Source: Chromera velia
Lineage: Eukaryota
Reading direction: 5' to 3'
Assembly (NCBI GenBank): GCA_018398765.1
Contig: JAHBMJ010000318.1
Location: forward strand, 1 to 50,318
DNA length: 50,318 bases
Under the pieces are notes generated by a model, which had not been told where the DNA came from, did no database searches, and saw nothing but the letters and a program-made list of their open reading frames with translations. Below are positions 22,647 to 34,361 of the stretch, piece by piece; the stretch's first letter is position 1; the number at the start of each line of letters is the position of its first letter. The translations under genes and the position numbers were made by a program.

Positions 22647-24309
22647 ATGATGGAATTCAAGGTCGTTCTGATCGGAGATTCCTGCGTAGGCAAGTCGGCC
22701 CTCGTGCACAGGTTGGAGTGGGACCGTCCGTTGCAGGACTCCCAAGCAACAGTGGGGGCTCTGTTCTCACGGTACATTCTCCAAGGAGAAGGCAGCGGGG
22801 CAGGAGCAGCACAATCCGTTCAAATCTGGGACACGTCAGTTTTTTCTTGCTTTGTGAAGCTGATGAAACAGAAGTTCAAGGGATACTTGAGCTGTATTTC
22901 GTTTTTCTTTGGTGATGGGTTTAATGATCCATTTTTGCCGTCTCCTTACTCGCTGATGCCTTTCGCGTGGGACGACAAAATCTGGCACTCCCCGATTTGT
23001 TTCCTGTTTGCCTTTGCTCTTTCTGCTTGCGAGAAATTATTCAAGCAGGAGATCACTGTCCGTGCATGCTCTTTCAGCCCTGCATACCCGCACGGTAGTT
23101 CCGCGTGTTTATCCTTCCATCTATATTCTTTCCTTCCGGCTTGGTAAGCATAAGATTTTTGGGGGTGTGAATGACGTATTTTCTGTCCTCTGCTTCTTTA
23201 ATTCCTCGCTCGAGTGCGTCTGTCTGTCCTTCGGGGAAGGCACTGAAGATTGTGGAAAAGGCGCAGATATCTTTATCTCTCTGCGACTGCGAGATGGTCA
23301 ATCTCTGTTTCACTTTTAAATTAGTGGCTGCGTACCCCTTCTGTGCTGTTCTGGATGTCTGAATGCAGAGGTGAGCGGGAGAGCAGTAGAGATTCGAAGC
23401 GTCACCTCTCTTTCAAGCGAGACACTGACATTCGCGAACTGGGAGGGAGGGGAATGCGGTTCTGTATATATGCGTGTAGAAAATATTGTGAGCGTGTGGC
23501 AGTCTGTGAGAGTCGGTGGACAAAAGTAAAAAATGAGTAGAACGAGAAAGAAAGAGGGGGTTGCAATGAAGTAGACGTTTGGGGGGGGATGCCGCCCTGG
23601 AATGCTGTCAGGTGGAAGTCCCTCTCTTACTTCCGTCCTTCGTCACGCGTCTCGCTCACCTGCCCTTCCATTTTTCCTTCCCGTCGCTTCCTTGTGTTCG
23701 TTTTCCGATGCTTCCGCCTTTTCGCCCGGGATTCTTTTTTGGCCCTCCGAATATGTATTCAGCTGTTCCCGGTTCTTGTTTCCTCCGGAGAATTTTTCTG
23801 TACTGGAAATGAATGTTTGGTTTTTCTCTCCTGTCTGCAGCCGGACAAGAGAAATTTAAATCTGTCACAACACAGTCAGTTACGCTGTGCCCATTGCTTC
23901 TCCCTCCCTTGTTTTGGTCGCAGTCATTTCCCTCAAAATACGTGTGTCATTTCTTTTGTCCTCCGCTGACGTCTCGCTGCACACCTCTCAAAACGATGGT
24001 CGTTCTTTCCCCTCCGCTTTGTGCACATCTCTCTTCCCTTCCGTCGGCTTCAGACCCCCGGAAGCTTCTCTTCCCGTTGCCCCTGTTTTCGTCTTCCTCA
24101 AGCCGTCTGAAAGCTCACATGACCTTTTGCTGCTGCTGCTGCTGCTGCAGTCACTACAGGGCCGCTCACGCCGCACTTCTGGTGTTCGACATCACCTCGG
24201 AAGAGTCGTTTGAGAGCTTGGACAGGTGGCTGGAGGAAGTTCGGGAGTGCACCGTGCCAGAGACTGTTCTTGTTCTGGTGGGTCCGCTTCTCTCTCTGTC
24301 TCTCTCTCT

Positions 24310-24354
<45 letters not shown>

Positions 24355-24425
24355 TGTCTCTCTCTTTCTGTCTCTGTCTGTCTCTCTCTCTCTCTGTCTC
24401 TCTCTCTCTTTTCTCCCTCCCTCTC

Positions 24426-24476
<51 letters not shown>

Positions 24477-24489
24477 GTCTCTCTCTGTC

Positions 24490-24541
<52 letters not shown>

Positions 24542-26593
24542 GTGGGTGTGTGGGTCTGCTTTTTGCGGAGTTGCGGGGAGAGTGCGTGGAACCATGCAAT
24601 CTGTTCGTGTGGCGATCTCCTTATTGGTCTGCCGGGGTTTCCTCTTCCATGCCTCTCTACTTCTCCAATCCTTTCCCCTTGTTCCCTTGATTGGTTCGCA
24701 TGCTTGGCTGGTCAGGCAGAAAGACGAAAAACAAGGGGGAGGTGCAGATCCTATGGACGCCCAGAAAAATGCAGGCTTGACGGAGTTTGCTGACTTCTGC
24801 CTGGAAAGGTTACGTGATGGCTCCTCACCCTTTTCTGCCCCTCTTTCTGATTCGGTGTCTTTTTTTCAGGTTGGCAACAAGGCAGATCTAGATGAGCAGC
24901 GCTGTGTCTCTTCAGAAAAAGCGCAAGGTGAGGGACCTTTTTCCAGACCTCTTTCCGAACCACTTTCCGGATCTTTTTCCAGACCCCTTTCCACCTTTTT
25001 CCGGACCTCTTCCCACCTCTTTCCCGACCTCTTTCCAGACCTCTTTTCAGACTCCTTTCCATACCTCTTTTCCGACTCCCCTCCACACCTTTTCCCAGAC
25101 CTTTTTCCGGACCTCATTCCAACATCTGCTCAGATCTCTGTCGACGCTCTGTCTATTTCATTTGTGTCTCTTTGTGTCTTTGATCTCTTCTTGGTGCAGC
25201 GTACGCAGAGCAGGAGGGAATGTCTCTGTTCTTTGAGACTTCATGCAACTGGTCCAGGACACATGGAGAAGCAGGCGAGAGCTCCTCTAGTTCTTCTCGA
25301 GAGAAGCAGAAGGAGGGGGAGGCCAAAGAGCCTCTTGTACAGAGAGGGGGGATCGAGACGCTCGTGCGCTCTGTCGTTAGGGGTCGGTCATGCTCGAAGA
25401 AAGTGGAAAGGACGGAAAAGCTTCAAAGAAAAGTTGAAGAGGGGAGGCTGGAAAGCGAGGAAGAGCATCTATCGAATTCGGGGGTAAATGATCTAGCTGG
25501 CTCTCGATGTTTCGCCTCTCAACAATTTCAGGTGTCTATGGTCATTCAGTCGGGCACTGCTGTATATCCCTGGTGTGTTTCTATCTTTCGATGTTCAAAC
25601 TTCTCCTTCTCACGTGCTGCATTGAATGGGTCCAGAATGACGCCGTCTCAATTTGCTTTGCTCAAATCTTTTTGCGTCCGGTAATTTCCCTTGCCTTTCA
25701 GAGGTGGAGGCAAAAAAGGACCAATTCAGTTTTCCTGCCATGCTGACATCGGTCAGTCGTCCTATCTATCCATCTATCTCTCTCTACCTCTGTATCTCTG
25801 TTGCCCCCGTTGCACTTTGCGTCGCCTTGTGTTCACATCGTTTGGTTTGTTCCATTTCCTCCCCCTGCATTTCTCTTTTGCGAATTATCCTTGTTCCCAT
25901 GAGCCGTCACTCCTCTGATCAAGCCAGTGTGTGTGTTCTCTCGTTTCCTTCGATTCGCGTACCTGCCGTCCGTTTTTTTCTCTCTAAGCCCCCCCCCCNC
26001 TCTCTCTCGCTTTCTCGGATGCGGTTCTCGGCCTCGCGTCCAACGCATTTCTTTTCCTTTCTTTTCTTTTCTCTCATTAAGGACTTCCTCCTTTGTGAAT
26101 TAAAGCAGAAAGGGGCGCCGTCATCAGGCCTCTGGGGGTCTGGGTCGGTTCGTCAGGGCGGAGCGAACCAGACAGTCCGTGTGGACGGCCTCTCGATCGA
26201 CACGCAACAACTGCACAACTATCATGCAGAAGGTGGGCAGGCGTGCTTGCTTCAGTGGGGGGATCGGATGGAGATGGAATGTTTTTCGGGGATGGGTGGT
26301 TGAAAACCAGTGAGGATTTTGGGGGGGCGGCATACTGAAAGTACTGTGTGGCTGCAGCAAGTGAGTTGAGTAAACGCATTGCTGATTACAGGGATATCGT
26401 GAATGAATACCTTGCTGACTGGTTGACCGATTGAGTGGGTGACTGACTGTTGATGCACAACTGACAGAGAGCTCGACTTTTTTTTTTTGTCTTATTTGAT
26501 TCAACGTTACGCGTGAATGTTTTCTCTCCTTCTGTTTGTTTTCTGCTGCTTGTTGCAGTCTCGGGAGGAAATTCAAGGCGCTGTGCATGCTGA
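22647..26593 (+). CDS. Rab-family small GTPase (divergent). Exons 22647-22834, 23369-23370, 23841-23874, 24151-24277, 24870-24927, 25200-25382, 25702-25751, 26082(or 26109)-26232 and 26559-26593
   Basis: G1 GDSCVGKS, effector ATVG, G3 IWDTAGQE, KFKSVTTHHYRAAH, G4 GNKAD, G5 ETSC, and C-terminal prenylation motif CAC-stop. All junctions are GT-AG and phase-consistent. Confidence 0.92.
24288..24540. repeat. (CT)n microsatellite in a Rab intron
   Basis: Directly visible. Confidence 0.95.
24935..25122. repeat. Degenerate 12-bp minisatellite (CTCTTTCCAGAC-like) in a Rab intron
   Basis: Repeated cctctttcc(a/g)ga units. Confidence 0.85.
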
Positions 26594-29500
26594 CGATGCT
26601 CTCTTCGTTTGTCGGGTTTTCTTCTTCTTCAATCCTCAACGACAACGGATCTTTCGGGACCGAGCTCTTGAGTGGGAGCTGTCTCGCCTGTCTGTACTCA
26701 TACAAGATTGATTTCCTGACAGGTGGAGAGTGATCGGGAAAAGGGCAAGTCTGGTTGCCTGTCGAATGATGGTTCGGTTCCTCTTTCCTGCTTTCCTTGC
26801 TTCAGAGCGCTTGTTTGCCTCGGGCGTTCTCTTGCAGTGGCACGGCGAGATCTGTGGGGTAGGCGCATCACCAAAGCAAAACGTCCGGCTGCAGGGACGC
26901 ATCGGGCCACATGAAGACAAGAGAAAGGAGGTGGCGCTCCATGCCGGTTGATGCGCGTCGTCCATTGTCGGCATGGCGCTAACGAGTCAATGTCTGGCTG
27001 GAATTGTACAGAAAAATGCTAGGGAAAATGTGGTTTCTTTATCGGTAGTGCTTTTTTGATATATTTGACATGTATAGGGGATGCATATGAGAGTTTTAAA
27101 ACGTTTCAATTTTTTTTTTTGAAGTATAAACATTTTGAATTGTAGTTTGCTTATATGCTCAATTCCCTCTGATAATGTTTTTTTTAAATAAAGATTTAAG
27201 TCAAATCAAGAAATAAGAGTTTTACTACTGTTTTGAGGAATCTATTGCTTTCTCCCTCCTGTCTAGCCGCCTTGTGGCGTCCAGACAGAAGGTAAAGCGA
27301 GGACAAGAACCCTGGGGAAGATCTGGAGAAGGAACGTGAGCAACACTAACTCAGGCAACAGTTTACAGAAGGTCTAGCTCTAGAGCGATCTAGGGTTCCA
27401 ATCAGCTGGGTTTATTCTATCATTGCACAATTTCCACTTATGCTTCTCTCTGTTCCTCTCTTTCAGAGTCTCAGACTCCCGATCTATGCCAAACAGACAT
27501 CAGTCTAAGACTCAAACGATGCTATCCGTTGCTCGAGTAACATGTTGCATGCTTGAATACGAAGGTCAGACTCGATTTCAACGACTTTGATCGATGCGCG
27601 CGACACGTATGAAGCAAAGCGCGGCGGCGGAATGTGGCGCAGCATATGGGCTTACGCACTAATACGCAGTTACGGTGCATGCGAAGGCTCAAAGGGCGGC
27701 GCCACAGGGTAGGACTCCACAGATCCCCCTTAGCCACAGACAGGAAAATCGCGTCCTCACGATCAGCCAAACACATCCGAGCATGTGCGAAAAGGAAAAA
27801 AGAGGCGAGTGATCGAATGACCACGCTCAACCAGAGGCAATACAAACCTATGCAACCAACAGAACACTGGCACTTCAAAGCATGTAGTCGAAGGAATGAA
27901 ATCTTGAGCGTTCTCGCACCATGACAGAAGCATTGTAAGAAAGCACAGGCTGAGACACAGAAATGATCCCTTTGGTACTATCATTGAGATAGTCATTCAC
28001 AGCCAACCGACTCCCAAAATCTAGACACAGCAAACGGACAAACAGAAAAGTCTCCTTCCATTGCTAGTTCTATTAATGGAAGTCAATCAGATGAACGCCG
28101 GGCACAAATACAAACAGCTTTGCAATGAACCTCTTTTTTCTTTTTTCATCCATCTGCGCTGGAGGTACTCCCACTGGGTGGCACTATCACCACTGCCTCG
28201 CCGGCAACGCCAACCCGCCAGGTCTTTCCTCGAAAAACCTGTTTTAGGGACGTCGGCTTGCTCGTGGTCTGCAGAAGCACACCATCTCTACCTGATGGCC
28301 GGCAGAGCCCGTCACTCGACGGCCAAAGCTTCCCAATGCAAGGTCTCACGTTTCCCCAGCTTTCCATACGCCTATTTATCCTTTCATACCCTCCAGAAGG
28401 AAAGAACAAGACAAAAATTTTAGATAGAAAGAACGACAGAGAGCAGGACATAGTCAGGCCCATACGGTCACATGCACGCTTGCATCTTCATGCCGATGCA
28501 TGCGCTCGCAGCCGTTTACTTTACTTTTTCTTTTTTTTTTCTCTCTCTCTCTCTTTCGCTCTCTTACCTCTCATTCCCGCTTCGTTTTCCCCTCATTGTC
28601 TTCTTTCCTCTTCTGAGGCGCTGGTGTTGCAGTAATGTGGCAAAGTCAGACAAGCGAAGGCGGCTACAGTAAGGTAAGAGGAGAAGGACCCACACTTTCA
28701 ACAACACACTCTGCATGACAAGAGTTCATCTCGATGCAACCAGTGGAAAAGGTAGCCACAGCGAGAAGACAGAGAAGCAAACGACTGAAACTGGGAAAAG
28801 AAAAGAGCAGACCGATTGACCTTCTACCGAGCAACAAGCAGACAGACTCAGAGGAACACGTACGGCCAACCAAAGAACTAACGGGATAAAAGTTCAGGCA
28901 TATACGTACGCATATACACACTCCCACCACATCAGATCTTCACACGCTAAACCATTCATATAAACGGGATAGTATCAGAGGGCACCGGAAGGTGGTAAAA
29001 CAGAAAGCGGAGATGGGGCCAATGCAAAATTTCTAAGAGGGACAGACAAGCTCATTCCAACGAATGTTCATTCTTCAAAATCTTGCGCAGTGCGACCGTT
29101 TCCTTTTCCGCTCATTTCTCTTTCATGCTGCCTTCGTTCCCCTTGAAACGAGACAGAAAAACAATGTAACTCCACATCTCCGTGGCCTCAAAACAAAGAC
29201 GCAGATCGAACACCACCAATGATAAAGTGATCGAAAAGAAAGAGGCGGAACTGGTGGAAAGAAAGAGGTAGCCAACTCCGTTTCCCGACTTCGTTTCGCC
29301 TTTTCTCACTCTCTCTCTCTCTCTTTCTCAGACCGGCTTACTGGAAAGAAGCGGGCGACAGACAGAATAGTATGCCTGTAAGAGATCCCCTTCCACTTTT
29401 CTCTTCTGAATGCAAGTAACGGGCAGATGGAGGTTCGAATAAAATATAAAGAGACGGCAAAACCAAAAGGCGGCAGCAGAAAGCCTCACACACGTCTATC

Positions 29501-30525
29501 TACATCATTTCCTCCTCTCTCTTCTATCTCACTTCCTTCCCAAAGACTGCATGCACGTCTCTTTGCTTATTGCCAACAACACACAAGAACAGACATCAAC
29601 GAATGAACGGCACCCGGTCAGACCTATCGGAGGGAGACGCCTGGCGGTATACCGTCTGGCTCCACGCAGATACTTGCGCAGAGATGGCTAGCTCCACCAA
29701 GGCCCCCATCAACTCCCATGCTACGAGGGGGAGAGGCGATATCTAGAGAACCCAGAGGGCCTCCAAAGCACCGACATCCCCCTGCAGGGAGAATATGCAG
29801 AATGGACACCAAGATATGCATGGGCTGTCCCCTCGCCTTTTCTCTTTTTTTCTTTCTCATTCAACAGATATCTCTTTCAAGATTTCTTCTCTCTTTGCTC
29901 TTCTTCTACTCATTCTCTCTCCGCCTTTTTCGGTCTCTTTTTCTCAAAAGAGGAAACTAGGGATAACCCGAAACATTTCAAATCAGCAAAAGGAAACAAG
30001 AAGGAGATAACGAATGAAGGCGCCCCCTCGTGTGCTCGTACTCTCAGCTACATGAGGGGTCTGACTCCCAAACCATATGCAAAACAAAGCCAAGAGAAGC
30101 CGCGAGCAAAGAACGGTCACTCTTCCAAAGGGAGTTCAAGAAGTTCTGAGTGTGCGGCACATGCGGCGCTCGACTTATCGTTCCCGCAGTCTGCCTCTTT
30201 GATGCTCAGTTTTGCAATGAGCTTAATCCTTCCTCCGAGTTCGGTACAGCGGCGCAAGGGCAGTCCCAGGCAGTCGTGGGCATGCGCAAGCATAAATGCA
30301 TGGCGGCAGCAATCAGGCAGTCCTCTGCCCGCATCTTATATATAGTTGACGTAGGGGTAGGCGATCGACTTCGAGTTCTCGTTGATAGAAGGGCTCAGCC
30401 GTCTCGTCAAGTACAAACACATTTTGCGCGTGTCAGTGACTGCATAAAGAGAGGGAAGGAAGGGACCGGACACATTGCAGACTGCTTTGCTGGTCTCTTT
30501 CTAGTATCTCACCTCTTCTTTCTAT

Positions 30526-31796
30526 TGTTACGCTTTCAGTTTTCTAGAAAAAAAAAAAAGAGAACTTGCAAGGAAGAAAAAAAAATTTTAGAAAGAAAGA
30601 TAACATATATATATATATGTTGCCTTATAGGGTTACCGGGTATTTATCTATCATCCAAGAAATCCTGCGGAAAATTATAAAAAAAAAATAATAATAAACT
30701 AATACAGAATGAGCTGCATTATGAGCATCAATAAAATGATAATATCGTTTCTCATAACAATGTAATAAGCAGCTAGAGTAAAGCAAAATTGCAAAAAATA
30801 TGCAAAATGTGACCAAATAATGAGTCGGATACTAGATCAGGCCAGGTTTACCTGTCAGTACATAAGCGTAAAACCCATCGTTGCTTTTAGACAGAGTGTT
30901 ATCAATATTGCTATACGTGGTGGGATTTACATGGCCGAGATGGTTGTATAGGCCGCTGGGTCAGAAGAGGAAGGCTTAGGGATCGACTATGATGTAAATG
31001 GCCTAACAAGAATCGTAGCTAAGTACGACTTGTCGACCCGCTTGTCGAACTTGTTGGCAAGCTCATTAAAGGACTGCAAGCATAGGCATAGGCATAGGAA
31101 GAGAAGTGTAAAGAAATTTTGTATCTTTCATGAGCAAGGATATTAAAACTTTTGTGAACTTTCTGGAGAGTGTGCTCCAGGTTTAGTCGATCTTTTTGTC
31201 GATCTTCTTGTCGATCTTTTTGTTGTACAACCGTTTAGAGATGACAAAACACACCAAAGATAAAACGGAATACATAAAACATATAAGAAAATTAAGGAGG
31301 GAAAAAAGAGACACACATACAAAGAGAAAGAACGTGTCGATCTTTTTGTCAAACTCTGGCTCAGGCTTTTTATGTTGAACAATTGCATGACATTTTTGCG
31401 AGGTTGCAACTTTTCATGAAATTCATGATCTTGACGATCCCGATCCTACTTTCAAAGATTCTGAAGTGAAATTTGAATCCAGAAATCTGCAATTTGGTTT
31501 GTCGGACTTCGGTTCCATATGTCAAACCCCGATTCCGTATGTCGGACCAGTGACTTCCGTATGTGACTCTTAAGTTATCAAACCTCCCATCTTACTTGTT
31601 GAACCTTGAATCTCACTTGTCAAACCTTCAATCTAGCTTGTCGAACCTTCAAGCTCAGTTGTCGGACCTTCAACCTCACTTGTTGAACCTGTAAGCCCGT
31701 TTGTCGAACCAACAAGGCCACTTGTCGGACTCGTCAACTCCGGTGAGGCACAGCTAGGTAGGCGCCCAATTCACCAAAAAGGGGGAGGTCGTAACA
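30526..31796 (+). repeat. 5' LTR of the gypsy element (1271 bp)
   Basis: TGTTACG...CGTAACA inverted termini; colinear with 48156-49441. Confidence 0.93.
31575..31740. repeat. 21-bp tandem repeat (CTTGTCGAACCTTCAATCTCA-like, ~8 units) inside the LTR; also at ~49219-49385
   Basis: Visible periodicity; translates as the heptads LSNLxxx. Confidence 0.88.
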
Positions 31797-33229
31797 CGTG
31801 ATGACGCCCCGGCCCATTCTTCGAGCTCGTGCTGTTTCAACAGCAAGCGACCTTCTGTCTTCTCCGTCTTCACCAAGGGTACTCGATCATTAGGTAGAGG
31901 CAAACCGTGAAGCGCTGCCCAGTGTTTGTCAGACGGGTGCCTCACTGTCTTTACCGAGGACCCTTTGAGACCGAAGCAAGCAAAAAGCCTTCTGTCTTCT
32001 CCACCTTCAGTCAGACTCGAGTCTGAGCTTCTTTTTGACAAAAGTAGACCGTGAAGCGCTGTCCTGTTTTCAGTTAGAACCGTCGGGATATGTTTTTCTT
32101 TGTCTCTGCTAGAGAAGTCTTTCCACGCCAGACTAAGCCGCGAAACGCTGCAAAGTTCTCTGATAGAGAGAGCCCCCAGCCTTGGAAACATTTAGACTCA
32201 GTATAGACTGCAAGTATCTGCAAGCTGCTGGGTCAAAGACCCCGTCGCCAAAACGAAACGGTCACAGACTTCCACGAGGCAAGCGGCAGAATCCCCGGAC
32301 AAACCCAGCTCGCCCTCTAGACTTCCTCCACAGCAGGCACTACCTCCTTCCCCTCGCACCTCATCCTCTCAGTCGGCTTCACCCTCTGAGAGTGAAACCC
32401 CCTACATTCGACAGGTCCTGGTTAATCGAGTGCCACCCACTCAAAAAAGGGGTCACACTCACCAGCTGACTCCCTCACACATCGCTTCTGCCACTGCCAA
32501 CCTCCATGTCGGTCGCAGGAGGGAATCTCAACTATCCCTCTTAGCATCCCTCCGGACGCTCAATATTGAGAGGGGATTCTCACACGTCCCCAACAGAGAG
32601 TCAATCAGGGCCGCACATCCAGTAGCATCCCATTCTGGGGTATCAAAAGATTCCCAGGCTGAAAACACCCGCCTGTACTGCTCAACCCCCGTAGCAAACC
32701 CCCGCCGTCGTCCCGCTCCTGATCCTCCCTCACCTACTGAGTTACGTTTTCCTATCAGGGCTCGAATAAACCGACCACCACCCGAATCAGACGACTCCCA
32801 GTCGCAGAGGTCGGGATCAGATTTCTACAAAAACGAGGAAACCAGACTACTCATCATCATCTACTCCCCACACAGCATCCTGCTTGTAAGTGATGGCTCT
32901 CATAACTGCAGGCCAACCATCCAGTACACTGAATACCAGGACCCTTCGACAGGAAGAGGATTCCCGCCAGACCACCTCTAATCCTCCGAACATAACCAAC
33001 CAACCGCGCCCTGCAGCACGAATCAAAAGCTTTACTCGTCTGACCACACCCTTCCTATAGCAAGACAGACAGCCCCACCTGAGCCTATATAAGGAAGAAT
33101 AAGGAGAAGCCCCACTACAGTTTGCCTGGGGAAACCCCACCGCTGGCCGAAGAGCCTTTATAGCTTCCTGCTCTCTGAGTGCCTCTCTAATTCTTTCCTC
33201 CCTTCCATTCTGAAGAAAAAAAAAAAAAA

Positions 33230-34228
33230 CACTCCTACGAGGACGATCTCTTCCTGCTACCCCTCTCGCACCACTGGCAAGACCACAGACGCTCTTCCAG
33301 ACCCAAAGCTGCTACACCAATAGCCTTTCATCGTCGCCATCCCCAACCAAAGCGAACTGCAAACCGAGACGCCATAGTGAGTCTCCCACTGCCTTGCTCC
33401 GTACCCGAGCCAATTTTTCACTGCACATCCAGGCTGTCAGATTGCACATAAGTGTGCAACGCGCTCCCGCCCTACAAAGTACTTGCAGCCAAAATTTAGG
33501 TAGACTCTTACCCTGTAAGCGTTGGCAAGACGTTCCAGATAGACTTTAACGGCTTCCGGGCTGCGCTTCTACCAGACAACCCCTACCCCTCTCCTACAAC
33601 AGCCCACGCAGCCCCTCAAGGAACTTCATTGGCAGAGCGAGTCCACCAATTCCCTCTCCTCCCCTCTGGTACCATTCCGATCGACGGGTGTATCGTTCAA
33701 AACCCACATACAGTGCTAACAGTAAAACCGTTCCCCTCTCTCTACGTGAACCCCCTGTCGAACACGTTAGTGCTAGACTCCCCAGGTATCCTTCAAGTAC
33801 TTATTAGAGACGGGGTACGAGAGACACTGAAAAACTCCCCAGACATTCATCAAGTGCTGATTGAAGCTTTGCAAGCAACCATCCGAAAAGAAGTCTGGAC
33901 GGCGTTGGTTTAAGTCTCTACCGTGTTTACGAAACAATAAGGAGGGGAGAGTGCCTGTTTGCAACTTTCTCAGACAAAGAGCTCAGGGCCCCTCGGTAGC
34001 GTGCCCCCTCCGCCTTCCGGACCCCCACCTGCACGGTGGCCAGGACCGTCTAGAGATACCCATCTGATCACTCCATTCACCTGGAGAGCAAACCCCCCAG
34101 CAGGCCTCGTCACAAGTTCAAATCTGACTGCTCCACCAGGTTTCGCTCCACTGTTCCCCTTGCCTTCTGCGAGTGATCCGACCCAGCACCAACCACCTGA
34201 TAGGGAGCATTCCCAGGAGGGCCTGTAA
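33230..34228 (+). pseudogene. Decayed additional ORF upstream of gag (unknown function); 5' boundary approximate
   Basis: One frame links the 33629-33913 and 33959-34228 ORFs and extends upstream, broken by a few TAA/TAG stops. Confidence 0.45.
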
Positions 34229-34361
34229 GGCCCACTCGAAACCCTCTGAAACAGCCAACGAAGTGGCACTGCAGGCTTGAAGGAAAAAAAAAAAAAAGAA
34301 AGAAAAGGGGGTGAGAAGGAAAGGATAGCCATCGCAACTCAGAGCGGCTGCAGATAGAAAC

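Noticed and set aside
22835..23838. Single non-canonical GT-GC intron in the Rab gene
   Set aside because: It gives the same mRNA, but a canonical ag|AG|gt micro-exon with good signals exists at 23369-23370.
31575..31740. 21-bp and 51-bp (41607-41867) arrays as CRISPR
   Set aside because: Head-to-tail tandem repeats without unique spacers, no cas genes, eukaryotic context.
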